Below, piece after piece: positions 57,836 to 64,000 of a stretch of DNA of 64,000 nucleotides. The DNA lies in assembly GCA_963668355.1 (NCBI GenBank), contig OY764265.1, positions 2,321,742-2,385,741 of the forward strand, in the 5' to 3' direction. The notes beneath the pieces are model-generated. The model was not told the DNA's origin, made no database searches, and saw only the letters and a program-made list of their open reading frames with translations. Within the stretch, counting starts at the first letter, position 1. Every line of letters starts with the position of its first letter. The position numbers and the translations under genes were made by a program. This DNA comes from Bdellovibrionota bacterium. GTDB lineage: Bacteria; Bdellovibrionota_G; JALEGL01; DATDPG01.

Positions 57836-59305
57836 TTAAGAGGCTGTCGGAAAAAGGATGGGCAAAGGATTTAGCCCATATTTGTTGGGGTCCAGGGTCT
57901 TGTGAATGGTTCTGTTTTGTGTGTCTTGGGACAAGTCCACTTCTGTGGGTTGCTGTAGCTTGGTTCCGTTTGCATCATAAATGCACCGAACTTTTGGCAT
58001 TTTTGGATGAGGTCTTGATTTTCCAGAATTCACAACAACCGCAACTTCCTTGGATGTGAGCAAGACAACCGTCCCCGGGGGATAAGGGGTGACGACAGAA
58101 ACAAAGACCCGAAAAACAGATGGGTCAAACTTGCTTCCCTCATCCTTGGCCAGGATTTTGATGGCTTCGTGGGGAAGCAGGGCGTCTCGATAACTCTGAG
58201 CGGTGGTCATCGCATCGAAACAATGTGCGATGGAGACGATTCGGGAGAGCAGAGTAGGTCGGCGAGATGAGGAGCCTTGTTCGAACGCCAAGGTGTGTTC
58301 ATAGGCGACCAGCATCCTTCTCAAAGCCGACTCGTTAAAGCCTTTTAGTCGAATAAGCTGCATCAGAGAGTATGTATTGCTCTTTCTCAATTGAGCCCAA
58401 TCTTCTTCGCTCAGAGGGACCTTCTTATCCAATATATCTTCCGAGATTTGTACTTTTCCGATGTCGTGGAGAAGCGCAGAGGCACCCAAATCAGAAAGTT
58501 TATGTTTGTTCAATCCCAACTCCCTTCCAACCAAAAGAGACAGAAGGGCGACATTCACCGAATGATAAGACAAATAATCTTCTTTAGATCGAATGGATGC
58601 CAGTCCGAGAATATTGTTGGTTTCGTCCCCCATGGCGTCAATGAACTCGTGAATACAACGTTGGAGTCGACTGACAGAGCCCAGTTCACCTTGTTCCAGT
58701 TGCGTGATGAAGTCCTGTAAGAATAAAACAGTTTTTAAATACAGCCGCATCAAATAGTGAGGGTCGGCCAAGGTTTGCACAGATATGACGCGTTTTTCTG
58801 TTTCTGAAAGTTTTCCAATGGGAACCACGGAAATTTGATTGACGCGGAGATGCCCGAGCCAGTTGGGCTCATCGGCGTTTTTTGAACTGCCAAGGGACTT
58901 TCCGAGAAATGTTTGAATCTCTTCAATATTGGGCGGAGTTTCAAAACGAAATCCTGAAATTTGATATTCCTTAAAGAAAGCTGAAAGAAACCGAAAGTTT
59001 TCAAACGAAGAAAAATCGGGTTTTAGCAAGGTGCGGTTTAAATAGAACGAATCCCCAACCGAGACGATTGCAACTTCTTGGGTCAAAGCGAATACCGCGT
59101 CCAAGACCTGTTTGAGAGCTTCGATGGACGCTAACACGGCGTTATTTTTTAAATCGTGAACCCGACCATTTCGCATCATCATGAAGATGCGATTGACCAA
59201 TTCCTTGCCACATTGTTGAAAACGAACCTCAGGGTCCGAATCCAATCCAGATTCAAAGACATTCTTTAGAACGGATTCGGTGTTGGGGGGCGAATCATTA
59301 CTCAT
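57836..59305 (-). CDS. HD-superfamily protein (HD-GYP-like with no recognisable GYP motif)
   Basis: LLHDIGKVQISEDILDKKVPLSEEDWAQLRKSNTY. Downstream AYEHTLAFEQG replaces the HHExDGxGYP motif. Start overlaps the upstream stop (ATGA). Confidence 0.55.
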   Translation of the reverse strand: MSNDSPPNTESVLKNVFESGLDSDPEVRFQQCGKELVNRIFMMMRNGRVHDLKNNAVLASIEALKQVLDAVFALTQEVAIVSVGDSFYLNRTLLKPDFSSFENFRFLSAFFKEYQISGFRFETPPNIEEIQTFLGKSLGSSKNADEPNWLGHLRVNQISVVPIGKLSETEKRVISVQTLADPHYLMRLYLKTVLFLQDFITQLEQGELGSVSRLQRCIHEFIDAMGDETNNILGLASIRSKEDYLSYHSVNVALLSLLVGRELGLNKHKLSDLGASALLHDIGKVQISEDILDKKVPLSEEDWAQLRKSNTYSLMQLIRLKGFNESALRRMLVAYEHTLAFEQGSSSRRPTLLSRIVSIAHCFDAMTTAQSYRDALLPHEAIKILAKDEGSKFDPSVFRVFVSVVTPYPPGTVVLLTSKEVAVVVNSGKSRPHPKMPKVRCIYDANGTKLQQPTEVDLSQDTQNRTIHKTLDPNKYGLNPLPILFPTAS

Positions 59306-61041
59306 GCCGAACTCCTTGAGGTCCACTTCTTCAACGCAAGCTGACACGCCTCTTTCACATTCGCAGGCGTGAGTGTGCGATCTCGCTCTTTTTCGATGGC
59401 CTTTTTTGCTTTCTCTGTCCCCAGCGCATGGAGAGCCCAAATGGCTGCGATGGTTTTCTCTTGGGCCTTTTCTGTTCGACTTAAAACGCTACCGAGTTGG
59501 TCTTCGAAATACCCCATCAACTGCGTGCCACCAAGGCGGACAAGCGCAAGGTAGAAAAATCGTTTTTCATCTCCATCTCGTTCGCTGAATTCAGGACGTT
59601 CCACCAATTCGAAGATTTTTTTCGAAGCCTTGCGATTTCGGGTTTCGACGATGAATTGAAGTGCTCGAAGTCGAACATTTTTGTTGGAATCGACCAAACC
59701 GGAAAAGAGAATGGAAAGCCCTTGTTCTTGCTCTGCCTTCGCCAAAAGATCCAACGTGAAAATGCGTACTGAGGGATCTTTATGGGAAAAACCTCGACGA
59801 ATTTGATGGATGGTTTGATTCACTCCCATGGTGGCCAGGAGGCGCAGGATGTCTATGGCAATGTCGGGAGGAGAGGATCGAAGGGCCTGGCTAAAAGAAC
59901 CTGACAACTTGGGCCCATGGTTGGCAAGAAGAGGAATGAGGTGTTCTCGTGTTTGACGATCGGTAGATTCTTTAAACCATTCAAACAATAGGGGAACTGA
60001 GGTGGAGCCCAGAGAATGTAAAAAAGGTTCAATTCCGGTCAATTCATTCCATTTTGATTGTTTGAGGTCTTCCAGGGTTTTCTTGATCGTTTCAGAAGAA
60101 TTCAACGTTTGAAACAATTCCAACATGAATTTGGCGTTTGTACCCGAGGGATTGTTCTTGGGATCCGAAAGTTGAGATAGCTTTGAAAACACCTTCGCGG
60201 CCAGTTGGAACCGCCCAAGTCGAATCAGGGATTCGGTGAGTTTCTGAACCACCGTCGCGACGTCTCGAAAATCATTTTCCTTTTCTTCTCCCAACAAAAC
60301 TCGAAAAAGGACCAGGAGCATCCGTTGAATCATGACATCATTTTCATCGGACATTGTGGACGCGAGGGAATGAACACCTTCGGAATCCATTTCAATGGAT
60401 GAGATGTCATAATCGGGAAGTTGTTTGATCATTTCCGCATCTTGTCTCTTGATTCGCCTTCGAGTGACCGGGTTGAGTTGGCCCAGGCGATCAGCAATGG
60501 AAGAGGGACCCTGTGTTTCCATGTGAATTTGGGTCATTCGACTCAAGGTAACTTCCATGTCTTCGGTTTCTTTTCCACTCTCAATGAACGTTTCCACAAC
60601 GATGTAAGAAATATTTTTGAAGTTGGCTTTCCAAAGCAAGGTCACGATGTCATCGTCACAAAATTCGTAGGAGTTGAAATCGGTTCTCAGAATGCGAATG
60701 AAATCCAGAAGTTCATCTCGCGCCAATCCATAGTGGAATGTTAGAAAGCGCAGACCATCCTGATGAAGTCGAAAAGAAATATTCTCTTGCTTATCTTCGT
60801 TGTGGTAGACCGGCTCCTCTGTAAAAAGGAATTCGTAAGGTTTGACGGCGAGGGCGAACTCATTTTGAGTGTCGAGAATATGGCAAGTGCTTTCAAAAAG
60901 GCGGTCCTCAAATTGATGAATGGTGGCGTGACCCGGAGAATACATGCGATGGGCGCGGAGAAGCTTTTCCAGAATCTGAAACCATTCGACAGCCGGCTGA
61001 AGAATGGCCTGTAGTTCTGGGTTGGGCTTTTGGGTGGCCAT
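59302..61041 (-). CDS. HEAT/PBS-lyase-type repeat protein, co-transcribed with the HD-GYP-like gene
   Basis: Repeated about 30-aa helical pairs rich in LL..L...D....VR..A..AL (e.g. DPSVRIFTLDLLAKA and NKNVRLRALQFIVE). Confidence 0.5.
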   Translation of the reverse strand: MATQKPNPELQAILQPAVEWFQILEKLLRAHRMYSPGHATIHQFEDRLFESTCHILDTQNEFALAVKPYEFLFTEEPVYHNEDKQENISFRLHQDGLRFLTFHYGLARDELLDFIRILRTDFNSYEFCDDDIVTLLWKANFKNISYIVVETFIESGKETEDMEVTLSRMTQIHMETQGPSSIADRLGQLNPVTRRRIKRQDAEMIKQLPDYDISSIEMDSEGVHSLASTMSDENDVMIQRMLLVLFRVLLGEEKENDFRDVATVVQKLTESLIRLGRFQLAAKVFSKLSQLSDPKNNPSGTNAKFMLELFQTLNSSETIKKTLEDLKQSKWNELTGIEPFLHSLGSTSVPLLFEWFKESTDRQTREHLIPLLANHGPKLSGSFSQALRSSPPDIAIDILRLLATMGVNQTIHQIRRGFSHKDPSVRIFTLDLLAKAEQEQGLSILFSGLVDSNKNVRLRALQFIVETRNRKASKKIFELVERPEFSERDGDEKRFFYLALVRLGGTQLMGYFEDQLGSVLSRTEKAQEKTIAAIWALHALGTEKAKKAIEKERDRTLTPANVKEACQLALKKWTSRSSA

Positions 61042-61126
61042 AGTGGTGATTTAATAGTTTAAGCGGAATTTAAAAAAACTCAATTACTTCAAGAGGTTAA
61101 CGGTCATTTTTTCTTCCCCCACGGCT

Positions 61127-61157
61127 CTTGACAGGGAGGGGGAAGTGCCTATCTACA
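61127..61157 (+). promoter_or_regulatory. Candidate promoter of dnaK (sigma-70 or sigma-32-like)
   Basis: CTTGACA-N16-TATCTA, or read as a sigma-32-like CTTGACA...CCTATCTA, about 60 nt upstream of dnaK. No CIRCE element is present. Confidence 0.35.
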
Positions 61158-61217
61158 CCCTGCGCCGCTTTTGAGGGCGGCAAATCGTGTTTAATGTTGA
61201 ATTAGGAGATTGAAATC

Positions 61218-63131
61218 ATGGGGAAAATAATTGGAATTGATTTGGGAACCACCAACTCAGTTGTGGCGGTTCTGGATGGTGATGATCCAAGAGTGATCAC
61301 CAACGAAGAGGGAGGGCGAACGACCCCTTCCGTTGTAGGCTTTTTAAAAGATGGAGGCCGTGCGGTGGGTCAGGTGGCCAAGCGCCAAGCGGTGACGAAT
61401 CCTGAAAAAACGATTTCGTCCATCAAGCGATTTATGGGTCGTCGGTTTTCGGAAGTCGAGTCTGAAACCAAAACGGTTCCTTATAAAGTGGTCTCGGATG
61501 GTAGCGGAAATGCCGTAGTTGAAATCGATGGCAAGCACTATGCTCCGCCAGAGATTTCTGCCATGACGTTGAAAAAATTGAAAAAAGCCGCAGAAGATTT
61601 TTTGGGAGAGCCTGTGACGGAAGCGGTCATTACTGTTCCCGCATATTTCAATGACTCTCAACGTCAAGCCACGAAAGACGCGGGGAAGATTGCAGGTTTG
61701 GAAGTTAAACGAATCATCAATGAGCCCACGGCAGCTGCGCTCGCCTATGGAATGGACAAGAAGAAAGACCAACTCGTTGCCGTGTATGACTTTGGTGGAG
61801 GTACGTTTGACGTATCCATTCTAGAAGTGGGCGATAAGGTTGTGGAAGTGAAGGCCACCAATGGAGACACACATCTGGGTGGTGATGACATTGACCAGAT
61901 GATCATCGATTGGTTGGTCAGTGAATTTAAGAAAGATCAAGGCATTGATATTTCCAGCGACAAGATGGTCGTTCAACGACTGAAAGAAGCTGCCGAAAAA
62001 GCCAAAATTGAGCTTTCCTCTGTGCAAGAAACTGAAATTAATCTTCCGTTCCTAACGGCAGACGCTTCGGGGCCTAAGCATCTCAACGTAAAACTCTCTC
62101 GCTCTCAATTTGAGAAAATTGTGGGGGACATGTTGGAGCGAACCAAAAGGCCATGTGAGGCGGCGATGAGGGATGCTGGAGTGTCGGCCTCGGATATTTC
62201 TGAGGTCATTATGGTTGGTGGATCGACACGAATTCCTTATGTACAGAACCTCGTAAAATCCTTGTTTGGACGTGAAGGCTCCAAAACCGTTAACCCTGAC
62301 GAAGTGGTGGCTTCGGGTGCTGCTGTGCAGGGTGGTGTTTTGGCTGGAGATGTGAAAGACGTCCTTCTCCTTGATGTCACCCCACTTTCTTTGGGAATTG
62401 AAACCCTTGGTGGAGTGATGACTAAGTTGATCGAACGAAACTCCACGATTCCCATTAAAAAGTCAGAGGTGTTTTCTACGGCTGCAGACAATCAAACATC
62501 TGTTGAGGTGCATGTTCTTCAAGGGGAACGAGAAATGGCCGGAGGAAATCGAACCTTGGGACGTTTCCAATTGCAGGATATTCCGGCAGCTCCCAGAGGA
62601 ATTCCTCAAATCGAAGTGACGTTTGATATTGATGCAAACGGGATCGTGAATGTTTCAGCCAAGGATAAGGCGACAGGGAAGGAACAAAAGATCACGATCA
62701 CCACTTCTTCGGGAATTTCAGATGATGACATCAATCGCATGGTCAAAGATTCCGAGCTACATGCTGAAGAAGATAAGAAGCAGAAAGAACAAGTTGAGGT
62801 TCGAAACCAACTCGACTCTTTGATTTACAACACCGAAAAGTTGATGAAAGAGAACAAAGATAAAATTGGCGATGCTGGCAAGCCTGTCGAGGAAGCTTTG
62901 GTCTCAGCCAAAAAAGGCCTGGAATCCGGGGATCTTGCTCAGATGAAGCAGGAGTTGGAGAAGTTAACCCAAGCTTCTCACAAAATGGCGGAAGTCATGT
63001 ACAAATCTTCGGGACAAGCGGGGGCCCAGGCTTCTCCTTCTCCGGAGACGCCCAACACTCCTCCTGAGGGAGGAGCTGGACAAGGCGGAGATGATGTCAT
63101 TGACGCCGAGTATAAAGATGTAAATACCTAA
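61218..63131 (+). CDS. dnaK: Chaperone DnaK (Hsp70)
   Basis: [18 protein letters not shown]..., [22 protein letters not shown]. 637 aa. GGAG RBS. Confidence 0.95.
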   Translation: MGKIIGIDLGTTNSVVAVLDGDDPRVITNEEGGRTTPSVVGFLKDGGRAVGQVAKRQAVTNPEKTISSIKRFMGRRFSEVESETKTVPYKVVSDGSGNAVVEIDGKHYAPPEISAMTLKKLKKAAEDFLGEPVTEAVITVPAYFNDSQRQATKDAGKIAGLEVKRIINEPTAAALAYGMDKKKDQLVAVYDFGGGTFDVSILEVGDKVVEVKATNGDTHLGGDDIDQMIIDWLVSEFKKDQGIDISSDKMVVQRLKEAAEKAKIELSSVQETEINLPFLTADASGPKHLNVKLSRSQFEKIVGDMLERTKRPCEAAMRDAGVSASDISEVIMVGGSTRIPYVQNLVKSLFGREGSKTVNPDEVVASGAAVQGGVLAGDVKDVLLLDVTPLSLGIETLGGVMTKLIERNSTIPIKKSEVFSTAADNQTSVEVHVLQGEREMAGGNRTLGRFQLQDIPAAPRGIPQIEVTFDIDANGIVNVSAKDKATGKEQKITITTSSGISDDDINRMVKDSELHAEEDKKQKEQVEVRNQLDSLIYNTEKLMKENKDKIGDAGKPVEEALVSAKKGLESGDLAQMKQELEKLTQASHKMAEVMYKSSGQAGAQASPSPETPNTPPEGGAGQGGDDVIDAEYKDVNT

Positions 63132-63154
63132 AAAACACGAACCCCCATGATGAA

Positions 63155-63221
63155 AGCCGGAGTGGATTGGGGGGGCATGTACTCGTTACGTGTCCCCCGG
63201 CAAATCCAACTCCGGCTTTTT
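63155..63221 (+). terminator. Intrinsic terminator after dnaK (extended hairpin plus T-run)
   Basis: AGCCGGAGTGG...(G7/C5 inner pairing)...CCAACTCCGGCT followed by TTTTT. Confidence 0.6.
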
Positions 63222-63263
63222 CTATGGAAAATGGAAAGAATTCCGTAAACTTGGGGGAATCTG

Positions 63264-64000
63264 ATGATCTGCCAACGATGTGAAAATGAAATCTCCCTGC
63301 TGGATGTCGCATTTTGTCCTTTCTGTGGGGAGCCCATCTCGATGGCGGCCAAAGGAAAGCATTTTGCGGTTGTTGCCTGTGGGCATCTGGAAGCTTCGGA
63401 AGAGGATCTTGAGTTCTTTTTTTCTTATTTCGGTCAATTGCTAAGAAAACATGGGGGACTTTTTCAAGGGTTGGGAAAAGATTTCCTTTTTTTCTTTCAG
63501 TCTGAACAATTTGAAGCGGGGCGTCCCATTCGAGCTCTCTCCATGGTTCAGCGCTTGAGACAAGAAGCCAAAGCCTATCATCGGGATCGAGGGAGGGCCG
63601 TGCAGCTGCGTTTTGGACTTTCCTATGGTGAAGTCTTTGAGCGGGACCATGAAACCTTTTTGCAGTTGGGTGGTCAAGCAGTTGAAAGAGCCACTCTTTT
63701 ATGTGATTTATCCGAACAGGAAGAGGTCTGGGTGTCTCAAGATTTCGCAGACCTGTTTGACTCCCTCTATCGCTTTGTCCCCATTCCTGTGGATTCGAAG
63801 CGTTGGAATTCGGATTGGGGTCAGGTTTTTCGTTTCGAAGGTGGGGAGCCCATTTCTCTTGAGTGTCGGTTTGTGGGGAGAAACCGAGAGCTCTTGGAAT
63901 TGGAAACGCGTTTGCAGGGATTGGCCCAGAAGAGAGGCTTTAGAACGCTTCTTTTGGGAGAGGCGGGGGTTGGAAAGTCCCGCTTGTTAAAGGAATGTGG
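63264..64000 (+). CDS. Partial gene with three parts: zinc-ribbon, degenerate cyclase-homology-like region, and a P-loop STAND/AAA NTPase start. Continues past the window.
   Basis: A stop-free frame from ATG 63264, with a GGGGGAA RBS. MICQRCENEISLLDVAFCPFCGEPI (CxxC...CxxC). RFVGRNRELLELETRL...LLLGEAGVGKSRLLKE is the classic N-terminus of large STAND ATPases. Not in the ORF track because no stop falls in the window. Confidence 0.6.
   Translation, partial: MICQRCENEISLLDVAFCPFCGEPISMAAKGKHFAVVACGHLEASEEDLEFFFSYFGQLLRKHGGLFQGLGKDFLFFFQSEQFEAGRPIRALSMVQRLRQEAKAYHRDRGRAVQLRFGLSYGEVFERDHETFLQLGGQAVERATLLCDLSEQEEVWVSQDFADLFDSLYRFVPIPVDSKRWNSDWGQVFRFEGGEPISLECRFVGRNRELLELETRLQGLAQKRGFRTLLLGEAGVGKSRLLKEC

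Noticed and set aside
61042-61217. Search for a CIRCE/HrcA operator (TTAGCACTC-N9-GAGTGCTAA) upstream of dnaK
   Set aside because: No such inverted repeat is present. Only a sigma-70/sigma-32-like -35/-10 pair was seen.

Overview
This is a bacterial chromosomal segment from a Gram-negative-type organism. No rRNA, tRNA, CRISPR array or obvious mobile element was found. All calls come from reading the sequence and the six-frame ORF track by eye; no database search or alignment was run.

Layout, in order:

(1) 1-8.8 kb, minus strand: a T2SS/type-IV-pilus-like operon. Gene order is major pilin/pseudopilin, three small pilin-like or membrane genes, PilM-PilN-like fusion, PilO-like, PilP/GspC-like, secretin, GspE/PilB ATPase, and a truncated GspF/PilC. 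It is driven by a good sigma-54 (-24/-12) promoter. A G9 homopolymer lies just upstream, followed by a divergent NtrC/PilR-type sigma-54 activator.

(2) 9-24.5 kb: an unusually dense signalling island. It holds two sigma-54 enhancer-binding response regulators, three histidine kinases (one BarA/GacS-like hybrid with HPt), six receiver proteins (one with a Cys/His-rich C-terminal module, one REC-HPt-REC), three PilZ proteins and a GAF protein. At least four more sigma-54-type promoters are present. A 500-bp non-coding gap carries a long inverted repeat.

(3) 24.6-29.5 kb: miaB, a bifunctional-nuclease-family gene, a gamma-carbonic anhydrase, a stand-alone cNMP-binding protein, an archaeal-type (type II) GAPDH-like dehydrogenase behind a near-consensus sigma-70 promoter, a 60-aa ORF with a strong terminator, and a DJ-1/PfpI gene.

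(4) 29.5-32.7 kb: a Ser/Thr kinase fused through a TM helix to an extracytoplasmic HExxH zinc-protease-like domain, plus a lipoprotein.

(5) 32.7-42.1 kb: a nuo operon containing only nuoA-C-E-F-H-J-K-L-M-N. NuoB, NuoD, NuoG and NuoI are absent.

(6) 42-64 kb: purN, a CrtI-like oxidoreductase, radC, rel (RelA/SpoT), a plant-type glutamate-cysteine ligase, a VanZ-like protein, a nucleotide-sugar dehydrogenase, dapF-dapA-dapB plus an aminotransferase (DapL-type), a YHS protein, an OMP, etfBA plus a PilZ gene, a convergent HD(-GYP-like)/HEAT-repeat pair, dnaK with its terminator, and a partial Zn-ribbon/cyclase-like/STAND-NTPase gene at the window edge.
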